Positions 19,582 through 28,339 of a stretch of DNA of 64,000 nt are shown here, one piece after another. Position 1 is the first letter of the stretch. Every line of letters starts with the position of its first letter. The notes below the pieces were generated by a model. That model searched no databases and was not told the DNA's origin. It worked only from the letters and a program-made list of their open reading frames with translations. Position numbers and translations under genes: made by a program. Source of the stretch: Longimicrobiales bacterium (GTDB lineage: Bacteria; Gemmatimonadota; Gemmatimonadetes; Longimicrobiales; Gaopeijiaceae); NCBI GenBank assembly GCA_965116905.1, contig OZ220732.1:704001-768000 (forward strand), read 5' to 3'.

Positions 19582-20748
19582 TCACGAGGTGACGATCGCC
19601 GATGGTGGACACTCGACGTCGCCCACAAGATCGACGAATGGATTAGCGGTCGGCTGGAGCAGCCGTTGAAAGAAAAGCCCCACTCCAGCAGTACCAGCAA
19701 CGATATCGTTGCTGATCCGAGACAACCAGCGATCCGGATACGCGAACCCTTCGGGCCGGGGAATCCGATACAGCAGCAACGTTCGAGCGATGTCGGCGCA
19801 CCGATCGAGATACTCCTCTTTCCCCGTAGCGATGAAACAGTCGAGCATGTATTCGCCTATGCCGGTGAGTCCGCTTTCGAGGCCCGGCTGAATGGTCCAA
19901 ATCGATGCAGTTGCCTCAGCGATCGTCTCTGCAATCTCGAGATAGCGACGGTCGCCCAGTCCTAAAGACATTCGTAGCGCAACCCCCCCAATTCCCACAG
20001 CACCGCTTCCCCAATACGGAAGCACGACATTGCCCCCGGCGTACGCCGGCCATGTCCATCCGTGAGAGCCATCCCGCCGATGCGCAAAATCGAACTCGAA
20101 GGCCTTGATCGCCGACTCGACGAAGCGATCCTCCCCTGCCGTGTGACCGGCGAGCATGAGAAACAGTCCAACCCCGCTGGCGCCGAATCCATAGCCAAGA
20201 GGAGCCTCCTCGCCAGACATCGGAGCCCAGGTCAGGCCAAGTTCCTCACGGATGGCCGTCTTCACCAGCCACTGGGCAGCGGAAACGGCCCCTTCCAGAT
20301 ACTCTTGCCGCTGGGTCTTTTCGAAGAAGTACAGGCTCGTCATTCCCCAGCCAGCGTCACCGTGGAACATGGACGCTTCCGAGTGACGTAGCGGAGAGGA
20401 GTAGCTCAACGATATTGCCTCCTCCGCCTTTCTCGTCATGCCCAGTTCGGACAAGCAGTATCCGATTCCCGCCAAACCTAGCCAATAACCAGGAGCATAT
20501 CTGTCCGTACTCAAGTGTTGTCGCTCAATCCACTTGACCGTAGGGGCCGCTAATCCTCTCCCCACACGATATAGGAACAGCGCAGGTCCAACGGCTCCGT
20601 GGGCCAAGCTCATGGGGTTTGTACCGAACACTTCAACACCCGCTGGCCATAGGCGATCCGTTCGCTCCGGCGTTGCCGTGGCTTCAACGTAGTCCGCCAT
20701 GCCGTCCAGTGTCTGGCGGATGTCCTCTTTCAACTCGCTTGGGATCAT
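19582..20748 (-). CDS. Stand-alone LanC-like cyclase of class III type (no zinc-binding Cys)
   Basis: ATATPERTDRLWP, SLAHGAVG, LPYWGSGAVG, PGLESGLTG and RISNDIVAGTAGV resemble the LanKC cyclase domain; WCxG/CHG zinc motifs are absent. Confidence 0.85.
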   Translation of the reverse strand: MIPSELKEDIRQTLDGMADYVEATATPERTDRLWPAGVEVFGTNPMSLAHGAVGPALFLYRVGRGLAAPTVKWIERQHLSTDRYAPGYWLGLAGIGYCLSELGMTRKAEEAISLSYSSPLRHSEASMFHGDAGWGMTSLYFFEKTQRQEYLEGAVSAAQWLVKTAIREELGLTWAPMSGEEAPLGYGFGASGVGLFLMLAGHTAGEDRFVESAIKAFEFDFAHRRDGSHGWTWPAYAGGNVVLPYWGSGAVGIGGVALRMSLGLGDRRYLEIAETIAEATASIWTIQPGLESGLTGIGEYMLDCFIATGKEEYLDRCADIARTLLLYRIPRPEGFAYPDRWLSRISNDIVAGTAGVGLFFQRLLQPTANPFVDLVGDVECPPSAIVTS

Positions 20749-20840
20749 TGCATTCCGTAAAAAAGGCGTTCGTACCCAACAAGGCAGCCGCAGCCTGCCG
20801 CCAGGTGACGTTAGACGGGCTTGGATACCGGCGTGAGCCA

Positions 20841-20886
20841 CCTGCACCGCGGGGTGAAACCGAAGAACCGACCGCCGCGGTGCAGG
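20841..20886 (-). other. Stem-loop between precursor and cyclase genes
   Basis: 12-bp perfect inverted repeat CCTGCACCGCGG/CCGCGGTGCAGG with CTTCGG in the loop region on the minus strand. Confidence 0.7.
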
Positions 20887-20909
20887 GTGAACTCACGCAA
20901 CCGGGGCAA

Positions 20910-21053
20910 CTAGTTGTCGCCGGTATCGTTGCAGTGGATGCTGATCTCGGACGGCTCCATTTCGCCGCAGTAATAGCTGTACTTACTGTCGACCAAGGCC
21001 GTCGGGTCGTCCTGCGCGACGCTCAGACGCTGCAAGCCGAGGATCCTGCTCAT
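20910..21053 (-). CDS. Class III lanthipeptide precursor (47 aa)
   Basis: Manual translation MSRILGLQRLSVAQDDPTALVDSKYSYYCGEMEPSEISIHCNDTGDN*; AAGGAG RBS; ILGLQ leader and two S-x2-S-x2-C motifs. Confidence 0.9.
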   Translation of the reverse strand: MSRILGLQRLSVAQDDPTALVDSKYSYYCGEMEPSEISIHCNDTGDN

Positions 21054-21460
21054 GGTGTACTCCTTACCGCAGGGGTTCACTTAGTCAAGCTCCACAGCGG
21101 AACTCAACTCCAGGCGATCCGGCTCCAACTGGAAACCTAGTCTGAATCACCTGACGCAATGCTAACCTCCAGGGACCTGCTCCGCAAGTTGTTGGCAGGT
21201 TGTGTGTTAGGAGCATATCCATTGTCCGGTCACGCGAGCAAATAGCGTGGCCGGTCCTGGGGGATCCAAGGCTACGCACTTGGAATCCACAGGCGGATAC
21301 TGGCGCTCGATCTGGGCTATGCTGAAGCACGACTTCCGACCTCTACCTGGTGAGCGCCCGACACGTTAAGCAGGTCCTCGGCCGCAAGACGGGCGTAGGG
21401 ACTGCGAGTGGCTCGCGCAGCTTCTGGAGTGCGAGCTGCTCGAGAGCAAGTTGGAGCTCG

Positions 21461-23338
21461 CTAGCGATACCCAGCCGCTTGAAGGGCGAACAGTTCGGCG
21501 TACTGACCTTCGGCATCCATGAGCACTTCGTGGCTGCCTTGTTCGAATACCGATCCATCTCTGAGGACGATGATGCGGTCGGCCATTCTCACGGTCGAGA
21601 ACCGGTGACTGATCAGAACGCCGATTCTGCTCGAAACGAGATCCGAGAACCGTTGGAAGACCTCGTACTCCGCTCGGGCGTCCAGGGCAGCGGTTGGCTC
21701 GTCGAGAATCACTATCTGCGCGTCGCGCATGTATGCGCGGGCGAGAGCGATCTTCTGCCACTCGCCACCCGAGAGTTCAGCACCCGACTGGAAACGACGG
21801 CCTAGCAGTTGCTCATACCCATTCTCCAGTCCACTGATGACGCGGGCGGCCAAGCTCTTCTCGGCTGCGGCCACTACCCGGGCCATGTCGTTGTCGGCCG
21901 CAACGCACCCCACTGCAATGTTCTCGCGTGCTTTCAAGTCGTAGCAGAAGAAGTCCTGGAGGATGACTCCGAATGCTCCCCTCAAGGACTCCAGATCGTA
22001 CAGCTTGAGATCCCTTCCGTCTAACAGGATCCGGCCCTCCGTCGGATCATAAAGACGAGTCATGAGCTTCACCAATGTCGTCTTTCCTGCCCCATTCTCT
22101 CCGACTAGTGCAACGCATTCCCCCGGAGAGATTTCGAGCGATACATCACGGAGGGCCCATCGCTCGGACCCAGCGTATCGGAACCCGACGTTCTCGAACA
22201 CCAGACCACGTCGAATGGGATTGGATACGATTATTGCGTTCACCGGAGAGACAATCGTTGAACGAACCTCGAAAAACTCAAAGAGATCTTTGACAAACAG
22301 CCCCTGCTCGTAACCTTGCGCGACCCCCATCAAGATCCCGGTGATCAAAGTGCGACTACGCTGGAAAGCCCCGGTCAGGAATGCGAGCGTCCCAATGGTA
22401 ATGATGCCCATCGCGGCTTCGTAGACGATCGTGGCCACGGCGCCGTAGTAAGCCAACGTGGATACCGACGCCAACAGAATGCCGGTAACAGTACGACTCG
22501 TGGCAACTCGACGGTGTTCGGCAATGTAGTCGTTTGCCAATGTCGAATACCTGTCGGCCAAATGTTCGGATAGACCGAAGAGCTTAATCTCCTTTGCTGG
22601 CAGGATATCGGTTGCGAGCCATCTGTAGTATGCCAACTCTCGGCGCTCTCGCGTCCACTGAAACATGAATGAGTAGGTGATTCCAGCGTACTTGGCCTCA
22701 CCGAGCACCGCTGGTAGCGTCGCCAACAAGAGAATAAGGAGCAGCCAAGGCTGGAAGGCGATGATTGCGGCAAGGAGAGACATCACCGTTACCGACTGCT
22801 GGCCGATCGTTAGAACCTGGGACAGTAGAGTGACGCGTCGGGACGTATGCACCCTCGCTCGCAAGAGCTTGTCGAAGAAGCTCGGATCTTCCAGCCTCTC
22901 TAGGTCAAGCACTCCGGCGTGACGCATCAAACGCACGGACAACTCGTTCGTGAAAAGTTCGCCTAGAAGATTCTCAAGCAGGCTTCCGATGCGTTGCAAC
23001 ACGTCCGACAGAAGGGCGATCGCCAACTCGAGTAGCACGAGCTTGATCAACAGTCCCCAGTTCAGAGGTGGCGACTGGACGCTGACGACGACGGCGTCGA
23101 TGATGAGCTTGCCTACCCACAGCATCGCGATTGGCATGAGCCCGACTAGTACGCGAACGGTCACGATTCCCAATGCGTAAGTGGGCTTAGTCGACCAGAC
23201 CAGCTTTACGAAGCGGGCGATGCTGCGAAGGGCCGCGAGCCGCTCCTTGATCGGCGGTATCGGCCGACCGTCACGGGTCCTAGGCCGATAAAAGGCGCCC
23301 GGCGTCACGGCAAGTGCTCGGGTGCCGTGGTGGCGCAC
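21461..23338 (-). CDS. ABC exporter, fused permease/ATPase (LanT-like by context)
   Basis: TM domain, GENGAGKTT, LSGGEWQKIALARA, ILDEPTAALD and ISHRFSTVR. Confidence 0.92.
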   Translation of the reverse strand: MRHHGTRALAVTPGAFYRPRTRDGRPIPPIKERLAALRSIARFVKLVWSTKPTYALGIVTVRVLVGLMPIAMLWVGKLIIDAVVVSVQSPPLNWGLLIKLVLLELAIALLSDVLQRIGSLLENLLGELFTNELSVRLMRHAGVLDLERLEDPSFFDKLLRARVHTSRRVTLLSQVLTIGQQSVTVMSLLAAIIAFQPWLLLILLLATLPAVLGEAKYAGITYSFMFQWTRERRELAYYRWLATDILPAKEIKLFGLSEHLADRYSTLANDYIAEHRRVATSRTVTGILLASVSTLAYYGAVATIVYEAAMGIITIGTLAFLTGAFQRSRTLITGILMGVAQGYEQGLFVKDLFEFFEVRSTIVSPVNAIIVSNPIRRGLVFENVGFRYAGSERWALRDVSLEISPGECVALVGENGAGKTTLVKLMTRLYDPTEGRILLDGRDLKLYDLESLRGAFGVILQDFFCYDLKARENIAVGCVAADNDMARVVAAAEKSLAARVISGLENGYEQLLGRRFQSGAELSGGEWQKIALARAYMRDAQIVILDEPTAALDARAEYEVFQRFSDLVSSRIGVLISHRFSTVRMADRIIVLRDGSVFEQGSHEVLMDAEGQYAELFALQAAGYR

Positions 23339-23450
23339 GTGAACGCGCCGCGTTCCAGCATCGCCCAGCTCTTCAACGGCCTCTCCGTCTCAACCCTTGG
23401 GGTGCACTTCCTGGCCAACTTGCCTACTCAAACGTTAGGGGAGCTGGCTG

Positions 23451-23471
23451 GAATACTGGCATTCCCCGACA
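23451..23471 (-). promoter_or_regulatory. Conserved 21-bp upstream motif, copy 3
   Basis: Forward gaatactggcattccccgaca upstream of the ABC exporter. Confidence 0.55.
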
Positions 23472-23510
23472 TTCGGCCTGAACGGATATGCTCGGGGGAA
23501 TCGGCCAGGT

Positions 23511-23744
23511 CTACGACGAGACAACGAAGGAACGATCCGTGCAGAACCCAAAAGCGACCGCAACACCGGAACACGCGCAACCCCTTGGCTTGCTACACTG
23601 CTTGTCTCGAGAAATGCAACTATCGCCGCACGGCTTCCCCGTTCGGCAGACCCGGCAACATGACGTTGTTGGCTCCGTCGTCGTACAGGACGCGGAACCG
23701 AAGACCAACAGCATTGCGAGGGCCACAATGACGGGTGCCTTCAT
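23511..23744 (-). CDS. Small Cys-rich lipoprotein-like peptide
   Basis: AGGAGG RBS, ATG at 23744, lipobox-like GSASC, then CCRVCRTGKPCGDSCISRDKQCSKPRGCAC. Confidence 0.72.
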   Translation of the reverse strand: MKAPVIVALAMLLVFGSASCTTTEPTTSCCRVCRTGKPCGDSCISRDKQCSKPRGCACSGVAVAFGFCTDRSFVVSS

Positions 23745-23880
23745 CAGTCTGGAGCCTCCTGCCGTACGTGAGCGCAATCCGGACATCCGAAGTGTCGGCC
23801 GCCGGCCAGTCGCGCCTGCCTGATATAGACCAGAACCCCCGATTCGCCGGGGCCGCTTCCCCCTATGGACATCACGTACT

Positions 23881-25050
23881 TCAACTAGAGGGCACGGTGT
23901 GCCGCTTTGGATTCGAGACGGCATGGACATCCTCGTCCCGCACGCTCAACCTCGCGATGCGCCAAGGGGGGAAGTCCTTGTTGATCAGCAAGTAGAGAAA
24001 CCGTCCTCCCCCCAGAACCACAGAGTTTTCGGGCAGCGGCACGTCCTGATACAGCCCGGTACCAGTGTGGCGGTCATAAAGGTCAATCAGCACATGAGAC
24101 CACCGGAATGCCGTTCCTTGTGTCGCGTCATAGGTGGCCCTCGTAAACATGAGGTGGCGTTCAACCACATCGATTCGGTGAATGAATTCGAAACTGGCCA
24201 GGAAGTCACCAAACGAGGCGCCGTAGGCCTCGGAGCCCGCGAGAGCGCCTCCCTCCAACACCGGGATCGGCCGAAACGACTCTGAAGGCTCACCAATCAC
24301 GCCCACGGTATCTCCGTCAACGTTGAGGATCGTCGCAGGAAAACGGGCACCCGACATCGCGTAGATGGAGTCACCGCCGACCGCAATCGGCGTTCCCACC
24401 ATCGAACTCCAGTATGGCCTCTCATGTGTGAGGAACGGGTAGTTGAAGCCGCTCCAAGCCAGCTCCGCGCCGATGAGCCGATGAAGGATGGGCGGGCGGC
24501 CGCGCGAATCAAACCATGTTTCGTGATCAGCAGCCCGCGTCATACGTACTATCAGGTCCGGGCCCATCGCGATCACGCTCGTGGCCGGTCCAGGTATTGG
24601 CAACAGTGTGTCCGACTGCAGGTCACTGGTCAGGTAAGTCAGGTTCGACTGCAGAGAGTTCGGTACCACGATTGCGCCGGAAGCCGTTTCGGCAACACTG
24701 TTGATCCAGCGGAATTCGAAAGGACCGTCGCCGAATCTGCCAAACGATGCGACCAATCGACCGTTCTCGGCGTAGCGCCGAATCCTTGGCAGGAGATTGT
24801 CGCCAACAACGAAGCCTCCGTCCCGAAGCTCCGCAAAGGCGCCGATTTCGGCGATGGAATCGCCTGGGTCTTCTTGTAGTTCGATAACGTCCTCGACTTC
24901 GAACACCTGCTCGAAGGTCGCCGAGACCGGCTCCAAGTCGTCCGTGGACTCCGCTGCCTGCCCGCAAGCCACGAGCAGCGACGCAATTGGGATCGCAGAT
25001 AGGCAGCACTGGCGTGCCGGCCCACGACGGTCGTTCAAGACCGACATCAA
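23881..25050 (-). CDS. 6-bladed beta-propeller-type lipoprotein
   Basis: Lipobox LVAC and FGRFGDGPFEF motif. Confidence 0.75.
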   Translation of the reverse strand: MMSVLNDRRGPARQCCLSAIPIASLLVACGQAAESTDDLEPVSATFEQVFEVEDVIELQEDPGDSIAEIGAFAELRDGGFVVGDNLLPRIRRYAENGRLVASFGRFGDGPFEFRWINSVAETASGAIVVPNSLQSNLTYLTSDLQSDTLLPIPGPATSVIAMGPDLIVRMTRAADHETWFDSRGRPPILHRLIGAELAWSGFNYPFLTHERPYWSSMVGTPIAVGGDSIYAMSGARFPATILNVDGDTVGVIGEPSESFRPIPVLEGGALAGSEAYGASFGDFLASFEFIHRIDVVERHLMFTRATYDATQGTAFRWSHVLIDLYDRHTGTGLYQDVPLPENSVVLGGGRFLYLLINKDFPPWRIARLSVRDEDVHAVSNPKRHTVPSS

Positions 25051-25069
25051 GCTCGAGTGTTATCGAAGG

Positions 25070-25312
25070 TCAGTTAACGATGATCTCATCTAGGCAGCAG
25101 ATGTAGTTGTAGGTATCGCAACTATCTCCAACACAACGATAGCGCTGGTTGGGATCACCATAAGCCCCATCCACACAATACTCATCTTCAGCAGGGCAAT
25201 ACCCGTCGCTAGCTCTCACTGGCACAGGCTCTACCGTCGCGTAGGCGATCATCAGCGCTACTGCCAGCGCTGTTGCGCACGCCGCACGCATCCACTTACT
25301 GATGGCGTTCAT
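25070..25312 (-). CDS. Secreted acidic 6-Cys peptide
   Basis: AAGGAG RBS, signal peptide, core CPAEDEYCVDGAYGDPNQRYRCVGDSCDTYNYICC. Confidence 0.78.
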   Translation of the reverse strand: MNAISKWMRAACATALAVALMIAYATVEPVPVRASDGYCPAEDEYCVDGAYGDPNQRYRCVGDSCDTYNYICCLDEIIVN

Positions 25313-25329
25313 TCTGGTCTTCTCCTTGG

Positions 25330-25995
25330 TTATGATTGACTGCGGATTGCTTCGCTAGGGAATATGCCCAAGAGGCTCCCAACCTGAGCCTCGAAGCTCC
25401 AAGCGCAACTCAGGGCATTCTGCCTGGAGTCGGCCATGACGACCGTGCCTGTGTGATCGACAAGGATCTTTGTGTTTCCGAGTAGCGGCCCAAAGTCAGC
25501 CAGCGCTTGTTCCCGAGACAGCGACTTTATTCTCGTCCCTCGAAGCCCTTGCCGTGCAGTCCTCGGTATCTCGTGTTCTGCCAGGCCGACTACCAGCAGA
25601 TGACGCGTCAGAGAGTCACCTCTTGACAGCCCATTCCATAGGCCGAACCTGCCGGTCAAACAGGTCGCGCAGCGCTCAATGTCCACGATCCAGAGTAGAC
25701 TATAACCCGAGTCCGAAGAACTGCCGGTGGCAGGGTGCAATAAGGACGGGAGTCGCAGTTCCGCACCGACCAGCCGGTCCTGGACGACCAGCCTTTCTGC
25801 GGCACCCCCGGTAACCTGTATGACCGCCTGAAGATCCCGGTTCACTGACGCCGTTTTCCACACCCAAAGTAGGGCGCCGACAACCAAACCGACGGTGACA
25901 AGCTCCCAGACTTGCCGACCCTGAAGATTCCACATTGTTGGCACGCTCCCCGAAGCCAAAGCCTCCCTCGTCTCCAAGATTCCTCCCAGAAACAC
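25330..25995 (-). CDS. Membrane-anchored thioredoxin-fold-like protein
   Basis: N-terminal TM helix, LLWIVDIERCATC CxxC and NTKILVDHTGTVV strand. A TTGACA-N16-TACCGT promoter-like sequence lies upstream (about 26033..26060). Confidence 0.65.
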   Translation of the reverse strand: MFLGGILETREALASGSVPTMWNLQGRQVWELVTVGLVVGALLWVWKTASVNRDLQAVIQVTGGAAERLVVQDRLVGAELRLPSLLHPATGSSSDSGYSLLWIVDIERCATCLTGRFGLWNGLSRGDSLTRHLLVVGLAEHEIPRTARQGLRGTRIKSLSREQALADFGPLLGNTKILVDHTGTVVMADSRQNALSCAWSFEAQVGSLLGIFPSEAIRSQS

Positions 25996-26143
25996 GTTCC
26001 TCCCAAGAGGCGTTCAAGGGCTGATCCTCCGAACGGTAGGATACAGAATACTGCTGTCAAGTAGGGTCACCATACGCACGTGAAATGGCTGGTGCACTAG
26101 CACGTATATGGCCGCCTATGTCGGCGTGCCAGTCACCCCAATG

Positions 26144-27490
26144 TCACCCCCCCACCACCACCCGGCTCACCACCAGCGTCGCCACATCGAACTCATCGCT
26201 CTCCAGATGCGCCACGAGCCCATCGGGTCCGAACGCGATCGGCATCGCCGGCTCCCCGGCCGACAGCGTCCCCACGTATTCCCGGTCCGCGTTGTACACG
26301 TCGATCGGCCCCTCGTCGTCCCACGGATTCTCACTGCGGCGCTGGATCCACAGCCCGCCGTCCCAGGTCGCCCTGATCCCCTGAACCACGGGGACTTCGT
26401 GGTAGAATTCGCGATCCCGAATTCTTCGGCGGCTCTGCTCGGGGTCCCTACCGATCGGCAGGCTCGTAGAGGGAGGAGTCGCCAACCACTCCTCAAGACG
26501 CTGAAGGTGGAAGGCGATCGTTCCCCGCCGGATCCGTTCCGACACCGCCTCCGGCAAGAGCGGCCGGCTCAGCACCTCGGTCACCGATCCATCGGGCGAG
26601 GTGAGCTTGATGACGTACGCCGAGGAGTCGGAATAGGCGATGGTGCCGTCGGGCAACACGTCCCAGTGAAACCCCGGCTCAAAGTACCGGTCCTCTACGG
26701 CCGCGACGATCGCCGGCCAGTCCTCCAGGCTCGTGGATGTTGGCGGCTCGGGACGCGGAGCCCGCCAACCCTGCAAAACCGGCTCCCTTGCGGTCACATC
26801 GCCGGAGAGGTCCAGCGCCTCGAGCGCGCGGTCATCGACGCCATCCGTTTCCTCGTCCGGGTACTCCATGAGCCGGTTCATGAAGTTCATCATCTCGACC
26901 AACACGCCCTCGACGCCGCGAGCGATAATCCTGTCGCCCAGCGGATCGGCCCGAATCTCCTCGTGACGAAGCGCGGTGGACAGCGTTCTTGGCTCGCTGG
27001 CCGACCTGACGAACCGCTCGAGTTCGCCGTCCGGGCTGAACACCTGGACCGCCGAATGCTCCGTGTCGGGCACCGCAAAGCGGCCGTCGCGCCACACCGC
27101 GAGCGCCCGTATTTCCTGAAACTCGCCCGGGCCCTCGCCCTCGCGGCCCACGACACGCACAAGCCGGCCATCGGGTCCGACGACGACGACCCGCTTGTTG
27201 AAGGCGTCCAGCACGAGCAGGTTGCCGGCTCCGTCGAAGCTCGCCTGCAAGGCAGGGACCGGCCCGAAGAGGGCCCACTCCGGCGCGTTCACGCCGCCCG
27301 CTCGATACACCTCGGTCACGTCCACGGTCAGCGGACGGTCCTGCGCGGCGGACGCGGTGGGGAGGATGGGGGCAAGGGAGAGGGTCAGGGCAATGGCCAG
27401 GGTCTGGGCCAGAGCCAGGGTCTGGGTCGAGCAAACGGCCGGGGCCTGCGCCAAGCCAATATGCACGGGAGGCGACAGGCGGTGTTTCAC
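26144..27490 (-). CDS. 6-bladed beta-propeller-type secreted protein
   Basis: Signal peptide, VGREGEGPGEF and C-terminal AFGPDGLVAHLESDEFDV. Confidence 0.8.
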   Translation of the reverse strand: MKHRLSPPVHIGLAQAPAVCSTQTLALAQTLAIALTLSLAPILPTASAAQDRPLTVDVTEVYRAGGVNAPEWALFGPVPALQASFDGAGNLLVLDAFNKRVVVVGPDGRLVRVVGREGEGPGEFQEIRALAVWRDGRFAVPDTEHSAVQVFSPDGELERFVRSASEPRTLSTALRHEEIRADPLGDRIIARGVEGVLVEMMNFMNRLMEYPDEETDGVDDRALEALDLSGDVTAREPVLQGWRAPRPEPPTSTSLEDWPAIVAAVEDRYFEPGFHWDVLPDGTIAYSDSSAYVIKLTSPDGSVTEVLSRPLLPEAVSERIRRGTIAFHLQRLEEWLATPPSTSLPIGRDPEQSRRRIRDREFYHEVPVVQGIRATWDGGLWIQRRSENPWDDEGPIDVYNADREYVGTLSAGEPAMPIAFGPDGLVAHLESDEFDVATLVVSRVVVGG

Positions 27491-27619
27491 CAGGTTGGCT
27501 GTCCTTTATGTGCGTGGCTGGAGCAGCTGGAGTTGGGGACTCGGGAATCTATCGTATCGGCTTGACTGGTTCGTGCCGAAATAATATGATGAATCGCATT
27601 TGAGATACAGGAGGTTCGC

Positions 27620-27901
27620 GTGAAGACGCAGAGTTCGATGGTGCATGTCCGGATGGACACCGAGATGAAACGGAAGGCGACGGCAGCGCTCGCGGCGATG
27701 GGCCTGACGGCTTCACAGGCCGTGCGGCTCCTGTTCCATCGCATTGCCGTCGATCAGGCTTTCCCGCTCGAACTGAAGGTTCCAAACGCGGAAACACGGG
27801 CGGCCATGGCCGAAGTTGACGAGATGATCAACACGCGCGCGGCGCGATTCGCAAGCGCGGACGAGATGTTTGCGGAGCTTGAAGACGCCTCCGACCGGTA
27901 A
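27620..27901 (+). CDS. dinJ: RelB/DinJ-family antitoxin, copy 1
   Basis: VHVRMDTEMKRKA...MGLTASQAVRL...PLELKVPNAET. Confidence 0.88.
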   Translation: MKTQSSMVHVRMDTEMKRKATAALAAMGLTASQAVRLLFHRIAVDQAFPLELKVPNAETRAAMAEVDEMINTRAARFASADEMFAELEDASDR

Positions 27902-28205
27902 GCGGGCCAAACCGCCACGCCGGGTTGACTACTCCCGACGGTTCCTAAAGGACTGGAAGCGCCTCTCGCGTTCGGGTCGATACGACATGCACCGGCTGAA
28001 GGCGGTCATGCTCCTCCTCATCGCCAACGACACCCCGCTCGGTCCTGAATGGAGGGATCACGCGCTCAAAGGCTCATGGGCTCCCTACCGCGAATGCCAC
28101 GTCGGCGGTGACTTTCTGCTCATCTATCGCATCGACGACACAGACGGGCCGAGCGGTTCCGTCTACTTTGCCCGGGCCGGTACGCATGCCCAGTTGTTCG
28201 AATGA
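27870..28205 (+). CDS. yafQ: YafQ-family mRNA interferase toxin, copy 1
   Basis: FLKDWKRL, DHALKGSW..YRECHVGGDFLLIY and RAGTHAQLF. Confidence 0.88.
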   Translation: MRSLKTPPTGKRAKPPRRVDYSRRFLKDWKRLSRSGRYDMHRLKAVMLLLIANDTPLGPEWRDHALKGSWAPYRECHVGGDFLLIYRIDDTDGPSGSVYFARAGTHAQLFE

Positions 28206-28339
28206 CGACCGCTGACACTTCGGTCAGAACCGACAGCCTCGGCGGCATCGCGAGTCGCTGCCAGGAATCTGTACTCGCCGGGACCGCCGCGCGCACCATG
28301 GCCCGATTTGGAGCACATGGTCTGGCGTCCGCGACCAGG

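Noticed and set aside
19582..20748. Class I LanC or class IV LanL assignment
   Set aside because: No zinc-ligand Cys/His motifs and no LanB; the leader and core match class III.
20619..21140. 173-aa plus-strand ORF over the precursor
   Set aside because: No motifs; the minus-strand 47-aa ORF has a clear RBS and family signatures.
27380..27430. 18-bp tandem repeat (QTLALA), and 12-bp QGE repeats near 615-660
   Set aside because: Low-complexity in-frame coding repeats with no sign of a separate function.
26108..27565. 485-aa plus-strand ORF
   Set aside because: Antisense shadow of the propeller gene.
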